A stretch of DNA of 25,947 bases from a virus (Duplodnaviria; Caudoviricetes), in the IMG/VR virus record IMGVR_UViG_3300017765_000044, positions 1 to 25,947 of that record, one strand, 5' to 3'. This document shows positions 1 through 9,393 of the stretch, in pieces; the stretch's first letter is position 1; every line of letters starts with the position of its first letter. The notes beneath the pieces were generated by a model. That model saw nothing but the letters and a program-made list of their open reading frames with translations, had not been told where the DNA came from and searched no databases. The position numbers and the translations under genes are program-made.

Positions 1-66
1 TAAAAGTTCATCGTGAGGAGCAGTGGACTGAGTCCACACTCCATCAATCTCTATTGCATGCGCCAT
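1..66 (-). CDS. 5' end of a further structural-module gene, truncated by the window edge (MAHAIEIDGVWTQSTAPHDELL...)
   Basis: ATG at 66, 11 bp downstream of the stop of the 2315-aa ORF, with an AT-rich spacer; the frame is open to the window edge. Confidence 0.6.
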   Translation of the reverse strand, partial: MAHAIEIDGVWTQSTAPHDELL

Positions 67-77
67 ATATTTTTATA

Positions 78-3000
78 TTAATTTCCATCATCAGGAAAGT
101 GTGTTCCCATTTCTTCTATTTTTATACTCCAATCTTTATACTCACAAGACCCATCATCAAAAGTTGCGTTTGAGTTATAATTCGTAGCTGTTGGATCAGT
201 ACAACCTCCAACCTCAAATATACACTTACATACAGCATCATAAACATCCAAGAAATTTTCTACTCCATCGGCTTGCGTGTATAGCTCCACCACTTCAGGA
301 GAAGTAGGAGGCAAGATGTTGTTAGGTGTAGGTGTTTCTCCAGCCGGCACAACCCACCCATGGAGTCCAAAGTTGTCTATATCTGGACATCCTTGTGTGT
401 TTGCCAATGGGTCATAATTAATTGCACCTTCATCCATACACCCATATATAACTGGAATGCAGCAACTATCATCATCGTCAACAGCGGCTTGCCAATTATA
501 AGAAGGTATTCCACTAGCATCAACGTTAAAATACGACTTACAAAACTCTTCTGTATCAGCTTCCGGGTCGTAATTAAAAGCGTCTGGATCCATACATCCC
601 GAGTTGTATACACACGTGTCTGCAAGTGGATTACCTTCGGTAGCTTCTGGATCATAATTAAGAGCTATGGAATCGGTACATCCCTCAACGTGAGGTACGC
701 AAGAACCATCATCTACTTGAGCTAAATAATCGTAGTTAGAAGCATTAGGATCCATACAACCATAAGCAGTGTAAGTACAACAATCAGGGCAAGGAATAGT
801 AGCGTTAACATCATAGTTGTCAGCATTCTCATCCATACAACCACGTTTTATTTCCTCTTGGAATTCGCAAGACCCATCATCAATATTTGCATTTGGATTA
901 TAATTTAATGCATCCACATCCATACATCCATAAACAGTCTCTATACAACTACCATCATCTACAGTGGCAGCATCGTTGAAATTAAACGCATTAGGGTCTG
1001 TACAACCTTCTAAGTCGTAACTACATCTGTTTGAGCTAATAGTAGCTTCGGGATCATAGTTAAATGCTAAAGGATCCATACAGCCAATAACTTGGGGTAG
1101 ATCCACTTCGCTTGCCACACCAATACCTTGCACTGTAAATTCAGAAGTGTCTAAATTATCCAAAGTGGTAGGTATACCATTAACGTTGCTAAACCACTTA
1201 CCTTCTTTATTTATAAATTCCAAAACAGAAGATTCTTGAAGATCAGTGTTAAAACTCTCTACGAACCAACCATCTTTACCATGCCAGTTGTAATACTCAC
1301 CATCTCCAATGTAGCCGAGGCTATCACCACTAGCATCTAAAGCTAAATGACCAGCATGATTCCACTCAGTTGTTTTAGCTTGATCACCCTCATAATTCAT
1401 AGCCGTGAAACCTTTTATAACTCCAGGATCCTCATTGAATAATACGTCTATGGTAGAGTTATATTGTTCACCATAAAAATTATTCGCTGGCACAGTTAGT
1501 TCTTCTACACCATTAATGGTTTGGAGTATGTCCTTATTGTGATGTGACCAAACACCACCATTAGCGGCTGTTATATACTCAGCGTTAATAGACAAGCCAG
1601 TATCTGGTACAAATGATTTAAAACTTGGCCAACCTTTAGTTTTCTCATTAAAAGACACAGTTATATCTGTTAAATTTTCGTTTGATATTAAGTATGAGTC
1701 AAAATATTTAATAGTTAAATTATACTCACCTTTTACTTCATCAAAAGTACCAATCAACTGATCAGCGTGTTTTAAGTTTTCTCTAAAATAACTTGACATA
1801 CCAACATCAGAAATAGGTGTTAAACCATCTTGTGATAACCTAAGAACTTTACCTCTTTGCTTATCTGTAAAGTATATTCTGTAAGCGTCAAAAGCTAAAG
1901 ACTCTGGGTTCGAAGATATACCATAATCCCCAGCAAACGCCTTAGCATTACCTAATACAACATTAGAAGCTGTAACATTAGAACTACCATCTGCATTATA
2001 TAGAGCGTCTTTGTTAGCTAATATTTGCAATACTTTGTCTTCGCAGAATGTGACTAAATTAGTATCTCTAGTTTTTAAAGCCTGTATAGATCCATATGAA
2101 GGATTTAAATCTTTAGTTATAGCTTCAGCCATATTAAACTCGTTAAGCTTGTTCACGCCACTTGTAGAGTTATATATACCTGACCATATTAATCCACCAC
2201 CCCTTCTTTCTCTTCTATAATCTTCAAGCCCAGTTGAAACCTTAACACCATTATCTATTTGAGGTGCGTTAAAATCGTCTCGTATTCTATCAGACTCTAA
2301 ACCATTACCAAAGGAATAGCAATTAAACCAAGGTAGAGTCGTTTTACTGTTGTAAACATTTTGATTTAATCTATAATAACCAGTCACCTCTTTGAATGTT
2401 ATATCAAAAGTACCACTTTCTAAGGTTTGCTGTTCACTGTAACCGCAATTATGCCAAAATATAGTTGTATAATAATCAGCAATATCTATACCTGGGACTC
2501 CATCTTGAATAGTTTTAGTAAAAGTTCCTTTACGGATCCCAAGATATTCACATGTTATTTCCCAAATCTTACCATCGTCACTATTGAAATCGTCAGGTAA
2601 AGCTGCCGTAGGTAGCTCTATCATACTTTGACTACTAAAATTACTAACAGTGCACTGTAACGTGTATCTTGATGACCTCTCATAAGAAGCTGGATTGAAC
2701 GGGTAAGCAACTTCCACCTCTTGAACACTGGACATCCCAAAAACATTAGAATCCTCAACCTCCATGGTTTCTATAGCCGTGTAAGCCTGTTGATTAATGT
2801 ATGATGTTATAGGTTTATAGTGGTCTATAACTTCAGCCCTAGTTACAGTGCCATCAAGTCTATTGAAACTTAATTCATCTCCAATAGCTATAGGATAACG
2901 AGTAACCTCATCCACATCATCTGCTTGACCTAGTCCCACAACATCTCTAATAGCATATCTAACCGTTGGAGTTTTAGCAACGTAATTAGGGTTAGGCATA

Positions 3001-6000
3001 GTGATATCGCTATTGAGGATACTTGATAAATCTAGCGTCATTATATAGCAGTAATCTAAAGATACCGGTGTCATTTCAGCATCTAATCTTTCAGATGTAA
3101 CTGGAGTGTTATTAGGTGCAAATGATTGTATATTAGAATTATTTAACTTTAAAGGTAAAGCACTAGTTGCTTCATAATACAAATCTAATCCTACATCTTC
3201 TTTAGGTTCGGTTTCCCATATAGCGTTACCAACACTAGTTTGTAGTACATCAGTGTTGTCATAACTAGATTGTACAATTTCTATAAAGGTCATAGTAGTA
3301 CCATCATGTCTCAAAGCTGATCTAGGATCCCAATAATCTAAATCTAAACCTCTAGTAAAGTCGTCATATCTAGAGAAGTACACTTTAAATGTACCACGTT
3401 TACACACGTTACTCCAGTTAGCGCCTTCATAACATTCATGACAATACGAGTTACCACCTGAATGTTGTCCACCGTAGTTTGATTTTGAATGTCCAAAACC
3501 ATCATCAGTGTCAATGTCTGTACCTCTAACTACGTATATAGTGGGGTCACCTGTGTACTGTCCATCACCATTACCTACTCCACCACCGGGATCAGACTTA
3601 AATCTAAACAAAGTACCTTCTTGCATTAACGTATCACGGAAAGCTAAAGTTTCTTCATCCCACTCATCATCTCTCATAGCACCAAACGCTATATGATTAA
3701 TTTCTCCTTCTCCAACAGAAAAAGGACCTTCAGTACCCATAGCATTAAGTGCACTTTCGTCACCCCAATCCCCATTAATAGCTCCACAAGGTTGATTATT
3801 TCCTTTATTCCAGTTTGCTCCATCTATAAACCACTTACGAGCACCCGCAGGGTTTACATTCCAATACCATTTCCAAAACTGTTTAGTGTTTTCAGCGCCT
3901 GCGCCACCGTGATCACGAGCCAACATATTTCCGGATTGTATATTGTGAGCGTTGAGAGCATTTGACCAATCACTAAGGGGGTTTCCACTACCCCATTCCG
4001 CACCAGCTACAGCGCATGTAGTATAGTTAATATCTGCAATACCAGCATCACCCTGACTAGCTGGCGCATAATCACCTTGGTATCTAGACCAAGACGATGG
4101 GTTGTAGCCACCATACCCACCTGACCCTGTTGAACTATCTACAAAACCAATTTTATATGAAGACACTGTTTTATAAGATGAAGTTGCTACATTAGTACCT
4201 AAAATAGTGTTAGTTAACGTAGCATCTTTAAATACTTTTACAAAGAATCTACCTTCAAACTCTGGTCTATTCTCTTCCACTGAATCTCTAACCTCTACGC
4301 TAACAGTTAAACCTGTACTAGTACCGAAGTTAATATCACCCGACATATCAGCTGTTGGACCAAAAGATCCAACAACAGTTATAGATCTATTTGCATCATG
4401 CAGTCTAGCTATTCTAACCCATTTAGAAAATCTAGTAACACCTGATAGCGTACCAACTATTCTAGCCCATCCAACGCCTTCAAATTTATAATCCTTAAAA
4501 GTATTATCGTAAGCAGTCCATGAATCACATTGGACACCTAGAGTATTACTTAGATCAACACCAGAATCACTGGATAACGCTTCAAGACCTATTATTCTGT
4601 TAGTATTCTTTATAAATCTAGGGGCTTCATTTGATATTGCTAATATCTTATATCTAGCATCTTCCTCTACAGGATCCTCACTACCATGTTTATTTTTTAA
4701 AGTTAAATATGTTTCTATATCTACTTTGTTTCTATCAGAAGATTGAAAAGATAACCATATATTACCATCTTCAGCTGGATACCATCTATCCATAACTAAA
4801 TTGTAATACTCATTACTGGTTTCTTTTATATAATATTTATAATACTCCATCCAATTTTCAGGAGTACCATCCCAATTTAGCTCAGCACTAATCTTATTTA
4901 CCTTAAATGAAACATTTTTAGGTACAGATATGCTGTCTGGAAAAGTTTGATCTCGATGGTGATTAGCTTCTTCATCTCCTAGATGAACGTAACCACTACC
5001 GCCTCTCGTACCAACAACCTTACCACCTATACCCATTACTGGTGTTTCTCTACCATACTTATCACCAAATACAACTCCAACTTTGTATCTCCTAAGAGAC
5101 TTTATAGATTTCATAGGACTCAAGTCTGTTGGATGATCGGCGGATTCAACAGTAGGATGTACAAACACCTTTCTCAGAGTATCATAGTTCTGCTCATAGT
5201 TCGCAAAAACAATTCTATTACCAGTAACCTCTTGAGCTTTAGCTGTTATTGGTACGTTATCCCAAGCTCTCAACGTTTGAGAAGATGGGAGAGTTTTGTG
5301 TATCATTTCAGTAGTTATATCTACAACCCCTGAATTTCCGCTACCCTCGACATTATCGTTCCACTCTTCGTCGTAACCTCTTCTTATGGATTTTACTACG
5401 TAAACATTTGGAGATACAGTATCTTTAAATAAAATATCAACAGCAATAACATCATCTGGTCTTTGAAAATCCTCTACAATAAAGTCTGTTATTTGCAAGC
5501 TCCTCATAATGTTTACCATACCTAAATTATAACCTTTTGTAGGTAAGTAATCAAAGTTACTAGGCATGAAAGCTAGTTCAGACCACGGCGAAAAAGAAGA
5601 GTATTCTCCATCTTGATACTTATATCTATAACCAAACCTACCAAATGTAGTTTCAAATATAGATTTCTTTTGAACAATTTCTATATCCCATTCTAAATGA
5701 GAACTGTTTATCTCGTCGTCTATTTTAATTATTTTTACTCTGTGGACTCCATTAGACATAGTAACACGCACCTCAGCTGTTACTACTAGAGGTTCGGTAG
5801 TACAAGTAAACTGTAACACTTGACCAGATGAAAATGAATCACCGTCTGCTATACAAGAGGTACCCAACGCATTTCCATTTCCATCAAAAGTATCAAGTTT
5901 AACAGTGTCATCTATGCCTGGTAAACTTTCCCCATCCTCTAAAACCCAATTAAAAACACAAGAAGACGAATAAGATTCTCCTTTTCCACCCTCAAATTGC

Positions 6001-7025
6001 GACATTATCAATTTAGGTGCGGTTCTAGGAGCTCTCCTAATAAGAGTTATATGTTCTTCTTTGTAAGAGCTATCTGTGGATTTGTCTATGTTTTGTAGTT
6101 TTACAAGACTATTTGTTGTCGTAGACGGATCATCTATATATAAATCGGAATGTATAGTAAAAGATGCTGACTGTTTTAATCTATCTAAGTTTATCTTCCT
6201 AGGCTCGTTTACGTTATCAGTCCACAGCAATAAGTTATTTATAATATTTACACCTGATATGTAGTTACTATGCTGCTTTAAACCATTTTTTGAAAATCTT
6301 AAAACTTTATTAGATTCAAGCACGAAGCAGGCAGCGTGAGTTAAGTCTCCTATAACATATCTATCAAACCAGATTGTTCTAGTGCTACGATCGAACTCTC
6401 TAACAATAACACTCCCAGGCATTCCGTTTAAAGATTCATAGAAATCTATATCTGTACCCATGATTGACTGACCAGTAGCGTTTAACACATTTATAGACAT
6501 ACCAGGCCTAACGTACTTTCCTAACGCTTCAGCCACGACTATGTGATCATAATGAGTGATTTGACTACCCATATCTTCTAAATGCACGCTACCTTCAGCA
6601 ATACCAGCACGCATTTCAACTCTAAATATATCAGTAAACACTGGAAACAACTTCTTACTGTCACTGTTATATTTTATAATCATATCTTTATAAACCCTAA
6701 CTGGTTCAGCGGGATGATCTATACTTGTAACTTTAGGTGATGCTACAAAAAAGTAAGAGTTATTAGTTTTCTCATCTGAAATAGATCCTACAAAATAACT
6801 TTTTTCACCATCACTATTTACAGTGGGTTGTATAGGGTTTTTAAGTTCATCATACGATAATCTTTCTAGATTACCATATAGATTTTGGGCAGCACCTATA
6901 TCGTTTCCATCAGAAGTTCTCACTTCTATATTTAAAGCGTCTCTATACTCACCTTGAGGAACTAGTCTTTCGTCTAGATCCTTATTCATTTTACCGGCTT
7001 GAAACGTGTGTTTAATTTCTGGCAT
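78..7025 (-). CDS. Large tail stabilisation/muzzle-like protein (P22 gp10 / crAss-like type) with C-terminal Cys-rich repeats
   Basis: 2315-aa ORF. The N-terminus MPEIKHTFQAGKMNKDLDERLVPQGEYRDALN and blocks such as LLWTDNVNEPRKIN, RFGYRYKYQDGEYS, GNRIVFANY, ESDRIRDDFN, YGISSNPES and KEGKWF are what I recognise from crAss-like/Bacteroidetes podophage stabilisation proteins. It lies directly after two ring-like genes. Confidence 0.8.
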   Translation of the reverse strand: MPEIKHTFQAGKMNKDLDERLVPQGEYRDALNIEVRTSDGNDIGAAQNLYGNLERLSYDELKNPIQPTVNSDGEKSYFVGSISDEKTNNSYFFVASPKVTSIDHPAEPVRVYKDMIIKYNSDSKKLFPVFTDIFRVEMRAGIAEGSVHLEDMGSQITHYDHIVVAEALGKYVRPGMSINVLNATGQSIMGTDIDFYESLNGMPGSVIVREFDRSTRTIWFDRYVIGDLTHAACFVLESNKVLRFSKNGLKQHSNYISGVNIINNLLLWTDNVNEPRKINLDRLKQSASFTIHSDLYIDDPSTTTNSLVKLQNIDKSTDSSYKEEHITLIRRAPRTAPKLIMSQFEGGKGESYSSSCVFNWVLEDGESLPGIDDTVKLDTFDGNGNALGTSCIADGDSFSSGQVLQFTCTTEPLVVTAEVRVTMSNGVHRVKIIKIDDEINSSHLEWDIEIVQKKSIFETTFGRFGYRYKYQDGEYSSFSPWSELAFMPSNFDYLPTKGYNLGMVNIMRSLQITDFIVEDFQRPDDVIAVDILFKDTVSPNVYVVKSIRRGYDEEWNDNVEGSGNSGVVDITTEMIHKTLPSSQTLRAWDNVPITAKAQEVTGNRIVFANYEQNYDTLRKVFVHPTVESADHPTDLSPMKSIKSLRRYKVGVVFGDKYGRETPVMGIGGKVVGTRGGSGYVHLGDEEANHHRDQTFPDSISVPKNVSFKVNKISAELNWDGTPENWMEYYKYYIKETSNEYYNLVMDRWYPAEDGNIWLSFQSSDRNKVDIETYLTLKNKHGSEDPVEEDARYKILAISNEAPRFIKNTNRIIGLEALSSDSGVDLSNTLGVQCDSWTAYDNTFKDYKFEGVGWARIVGTLSGVTRFSKWVRIARLHDANRSITVVGSFGPTADMSGDINFGTSTGLTVSVEVRDSVEENRPEFEGRFFVKVFKDATLTNTILGTNVATSSYKTVSSYKIGFVDSSTGSGGYGGYNPSSWSRYQGDYAPASQGDAGIADINYTTCAVAGAEWGSGNPLSDWSNALNAHNIQSGNMLARDHGGAGAENTKQFWKWYWNVNPAGARKWFIDGANWNKGNNQPCGAINGDWGDESALNAMGTEGPFSVGEGEINHIAFGAMRDDEWDEETLAFRDTLMQEGTLFRFKSDPGGGVGNGDGQYTGDPTIYVVRGTDIDTDDGFGHSKSNYGGQHSGGNSYCHECYEGANWSNVCKRGTFKVYFSRYDDFTRGLDLDYWDPRSALRHDGTTMTFIEIVQSSYDNTDVLQTSVGNAIWETEPKEDVGLDLYYEATSALPLKLNNSNIQSFAPNNTPVTSERLDAEMTPVSLDYCYIMTLDLSSILNSDITMPNPNYVAKTPTVRYAIRDVVGLGQADDVDEVTRYPIAIGDELSFNRLDGTVTRAEVIDHYKPITSYINQQAYTAIETMEVEDSNVFGMSSVQEVEVAYPFNPASYERSSRYTLQCTVSNFSSQSMIELPTAALPDDFNSDDGKIWEITCEYLGIRKGTFTKTIQDGVPGIDIADYYTTIFWHNCGYSEQQTLESGTFDITFKEVTGYYRLNQNVYNSKTTLPWFNCYSFGNGLESDRIRDDFNAPQIDNGVKVSTGLEDYRRERRGGGLIWSGIYNSTSGVNKLNEFNMAEAITKDLNPSYGSIQALKTRDTNLVTFCEDKVLQILANKDALYNADGSSNVTASNVVLGNAKAFAGDYGISSNPESLAFDAYRIYFTDKQRGKVLRLSQDGLTPISDVGMSSYFRENLKHADQLIGTFDEVKGEYNLTIKYFDSYLISNENLTDITVSFNEKTKGWPSFKSFVPDTGLSINAEYITAANGGVWSHHNKDILQTINGVEELTVPANNFYGEQYNSTIDVLFNEDPGVIKGFTAMNYEGDQAKTTEWNHAGHLALDASGDSLGYIGDGEYYNWHGKDGWFVESFNTDLQESSVLEFINKEGKWFSNVNGIPTTLDNLDTSEFTVQGIGVASEVDLPQVIGCMDPLAFNYDPEATISSNRCSYDLEGCTDPNAFNFNDAATVDDGSCIETVYGCMDVDALNYNPNANIDDGSCEFQEEIKRGCMDENADNYDVNATIPCPDCCTYTAYGCMDPNASNYDYLAQVDDGSCVPHVEGCTDSIALNYDPEATEGNPLADTCVYNSGCMDPDAFNYDPEADTEEFCKSYFNVDASGIPSYNWQAAVDDDDSCCIPVIYGCMDEGAINYDPLANTQGCPDIDNFGLHGWVVPAGETPTPNNILPPTSPEVVELYTQADGVENFLDVYDAVCKCIFEVGGCTDPTATNYNSNATFDDGSCEYKDWSIKIEEMGTHFPDDGN
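144..1085 (-). repeat. Nine protein-level repeats, GC[MT]Dx2AxN[YF][DN]x2A...(DDGS)C, at the tail protein C-terminus
   Basis: Units begin GCMDPLAFNYD, GCTDPNAFNFN, GCMDVDALNYN, GCMDENADNYD, GCMDPNASNYD, GCTDSIALNYD, GCMDPDAFNYD, GCMDEGAINYD, GCTDPTATNYN; four end in DDGSC. Confidence 0.95.
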
Positions 7026-7031
7026 AAACTA

Positions 7032-7937
7032 TTACTTAATAGGTTTACTAATCCCTCTTAATATTTGAGTGAACTCTTCTATTTTTATATTAGAAAGCCT
7101 TATTTTAGCTTTTCTAGTTTCAGCAAACTTTTCTCTTTTAAATCTTTGAATTACTCCTTCTGGTATTCCAACTCTATTAGAAACTAAACCATACATAATA
7201 TGCTTATACACTGCTTCTTCACAGAATTTATGCACAACCATTTCAGCATCGGTACCTAAACCGTCACTGATATACTTTAACGTTATTGTTTCCCCTGAAA
7301 GATCGGAACTGAAGTGAATGAATCCAGTGGAGTTGTCTATGTAAAACGTCCCGTTATTTTGAGCGTGTTGAGGATCAAGTCCATACCTCCTACCTCTATT
7401 ATCTAACCTGTTGTGATCTAAAGCATCGTAATCTTGATTAGAGTTAGATGATGGTATAGAATTAAATTTATCAAAAGTTCTAGATGTGTAAGGTTCGGTA
7501 GCATCAGTGTCATCACCTGTAGGATCTAAACTACCGTCCGCATTGTAAGTGTAAACACCGGTTGTAGCATTTGCATCAAGCGGAAAAGGATTTGAAGTTT
7601 TACCAGTAGGATATATAGGTTTTTCTATACCGTTAGAATCTACTCTAACTATCTTAGTATAGTTAACATAATCTTGAGGTAAAGGCATTACTAGCGTTGC
7701 CGGCACCTCTTGTTCAAAAGCTTTATGAGATCTAAGAACATCGTATGATAACTCTTGTATAGCTCTCATACCATGAAACTGGACATCAGTTTTATTCACT
7801 GTAGTTAAAATTTTACTCTCACCAACATACACAACCATAAAACCATTTATTATTTCATCTAATGAAACAAACTGATAGTTACCTTTATCCGTACCAGTGT
7901 AATAACTCTTTTGAGAAGTTCCGTCTAATAATCCCAT
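7032..7937 (-). CDS. Tail ring/tubular (head-tail connector) structural protein
   Basis: 301 aa with an LPQDYVNYTKI motif and TLKYISDGL; lies between the adaptor-like gene and the tail stabilisation gene. Confidence 0.65.
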   Translation of the reverse strand: MGLLDGTSQKSYYTGTDKGNYQFVSLDEIINGFMVVYVGESKILTTVNKTDVQFHGMRAIQELSYDVLRSHKAFEQEVPATLVMPLPQDYVNYTKIVRVDSNGIEKPIYPTGKTSNPFPLDANATTGVYTYNADGSLDPTGDDTDATEPYTSRTFDKFNSIPSSNSNQDYDALDHNRLDNRGRRYGLDPQHAQNNGTFYIDNSTGFIHFSSDLSGETITLKYISDGLGTDAEMVVHKFCEEAVYKHIMYGLVSNRVGIPEGVIQRFKREKFAETRKAKIRLSNIKIEEFTQILRGISKPIK

Positions 7938-7939
7938 AA

Positions 7940-8704
7940 TTATTTATTTTTTTCAGCTTCGTTCATTTGTTGGTTTCTCAAAGCGAGCTCAGATAGATCT
8001 GGTTTGTTAATAACTATACCTGCTAATTCTAGTATTTTATTAACTAAAGAACTTTCTTCACAAGCATGCAAATCAAAGTTATTAGAAGTAGAAGCGTTAT
8101 ACAATGCTTTACTGTTTACTACGACGTACCCCCACTTAGGATCAGATGGTTTTTTTATATAATCAATTTCTATAGTAGTTATAGAGAAGTGTGGAAAGTC
8201 CTCGGTGGCAGTCCAGTTGTTGCTTGGATATATTCTTATGTGACTAGAAAGATCACCCTCATGTGTACCTGGTCTAGTGTATACGGGGTCTTTAAAGTTC
8301 GGTTTTGTTCTAGAATTCCTTGCTGCACGGTGAAAATCTTCCACGCTTATAGGTGAAATATTTGTATGCCATGCAGATCTTGGAGCGTAATACACATTTC
8401 CTAAGAAGTATAAATCTGGTGGTAGTTTAAATTCCCAAGTATCTGAGTTGTTACCCTTTAGCACGGCTCCTTTGTATATTTTGAATGGACCTATCTTATC
8501 ATCTATTAAATCTCGTTTATTACCTAAATTAACGTCAAGCATAGGTTCTCTAGCTCCTTCTCTAATATCGCTAAAGTAAGAATTAAATATATCCATTTGA
8601 GCTGCGTATGCTAACAAATTGAACTCCTGAGGTGTTACATAACCTCTCTGTTCTTTATTAGATACAGCTAGAACTCTTTGATAAACATTATCTATACTAA
8701 CCAT
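7940..8704 (-). CDS. Head-tail adaptor/ring protein
   Basis: 254 aa; N-terminal VYQRVLAVSNKEQRGYVTPQEFN, internal LPPDLY and YIKKPSDPKWGY motifs typical of ring proteins in this phage type; gene order supports the call. Confidence 0.65.
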   Translation of the reverse strand: MVSIDNVYQRVLAVSNKEQRGYVTPQEFNLLAYAAQMDIFNSYFSDIREGAREPMLDVNLGNKRDLIDDKIGPFKIYKGAVLKGNNSDTWEFKLPPDLYFLGNVYYAPRSAWHTNISPISVEDFHRAARNSRTKPNFKDPVYTRPGTHEGDLSSHIRIYPSNNWTATEDFPHFSITTIEIDYIKKPSDPKWGYVVVNSKALYNASTSNNFDLHACEESSLVNKILELAGIVINKPDLSELALRNQQMNEAEKNK

Positions 8705-8868
8705 TATTTTTTTGAATTATAAGGAAATTGCTTATTTAACCAAGCTTTCCTTTTGTTACATCCACAGTCTTTAATACCCATAAAGCTGGAACTTAATTTC
8801 ACTAAACTATCTATCTTAGTAGCTTTAGTAAACTTCTCTATTGAGTCTCCTAATCCTTTTGATTTCAT
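8704..8868 (-). CDS. Small basic CxC protein, 54 aa (MKSKGLGDSIEKFTKATKIDSLVKLSSSFMGIKDCGCNKRKAWLNKQFPYNSKK), absent from the ORF track
   Basis: Hand-translated. ATG at 8868; its TAA overlaps the next ATG (TAATG at 8702-8706); it fills the gap after a terminator and a promoter-like motif; contains a DCGC motif. Confidence 0.8.
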   Translation of the reverse strand: MKSKGLGDSIEKFTKATKIDSLVKLSSSFMGIKDCGCNKRKAWLNKQFPYNSKK

Positions 8869-8888
8869 AACATTCTTTTTTACTTTAA

Positions 8889-8916
8889 TATAGTTACATA
8901 GTAAAGTGTAGAGTTA
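8889..8916 (-). promoter_or_regulatory. Candidate phage late promoter, TAAMT-N12-ATGTRAYTATA (copy 2)
   Basis: Minus strand reads TAACT-ctacactttact-ATGTAACTATA, with the same spacing as the copy at 24796-24823; sits just past a terminator and 20 bp before an ATG. Confidence 0.55.
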
Positions 8917-8925
8917 GTATAGGGT

Positions 8926-8957
8926 AAAAAAAATAGCCACCCGAAAGGATGGCTATT
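8926..8957 (-). terminator. Rho-independent terminator
   Basis: Minus strand AATAGCCATCC-TTTC-GGGTGGCTATT forms an 11-bp stem (one G-U pair) followed by a U-run, downstream of the 129-aa gene. Confidence 0.85.
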
Positions 8958-8978
8958 AATATTAAGTTTAATATAAAC

Positions 8979-9368
8979 TTATGAATCAAGAGTTACTACA
9001 ACACCGAAACTAGCATCGTCTTTAATAGTAGCAATATCTCCATAATATACACCATTATCTGCGTCAGCTATAGTTACTACGCCGCTAACGTGAGGACCAG
9101 AGTTTATAGCTTCCGCTATTGATCTAGCGATTAACTTAGATCTGTGATAAGAACCTGCTGTAGCATGAGTGTCCGCGTGAGTTATTTTAACAATATCTCC
9201 AACACCACCACCGCCATCAACATCACCCATTGGTGAGTCAAAGTATATATAAGTGTTAGTAGCATCATGAGGTTCTACCCCTAGAAATCTAGAAGCTGGG
9301 TACATAGCTGCTTCCGTAGTAGCATCAGCACCACCACCCTCTGCAAAGTATAAATATTTTTCTGCCAT
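8979..9368 (-). CDS. Small virion protein, possibly capsid decoration; paralogue of 9394-9732
   Basis: 129 aa; aligns by eye with the neighbouring ORF (YLYFAE/FLWFAE, EAAMYPASRFLGVEP/EAMMLPADRYLGCDP, INSGPH/MNANPH, TIADA/VVADA). Confidence 0.7.
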   Translation of the reverse strand: MAEKYLYFAEGGGADATTEAAMYPASRFLGVEPHDATNTYIYFDSPMGDVDGGGGVGDIVKITHADTHATAGSYHRSKLIARSIAEAINSGPHVSGVVTIADADNGVYYGDIATIKDDASFGVVVTLDS

Positions 9369-9393
9369 TTTAATAATTTTACAAAGTTAATGA

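Noticed and set aside
23-37. Palindrome GTGGACT-G-AGTCCAC
   Set aside because: Lies inside a probable CDS, has no U-tract and is single copy; plausible by chance
360-725. Alternative-frame ORFs 360-725 (+) and 377-655 (-) over the tail repeats
   Set aside because: Shadows of the repeat-coding frame with no protein-like motifs
144-1085. Possible CRISPR array or DGR template/variable repeats
   Set aside because: Repeats are conserved at protein level with synonymous divergence; there are no identical DNA repeats with spacers, no adenine-specific pair and no reverse transcriptase in the window
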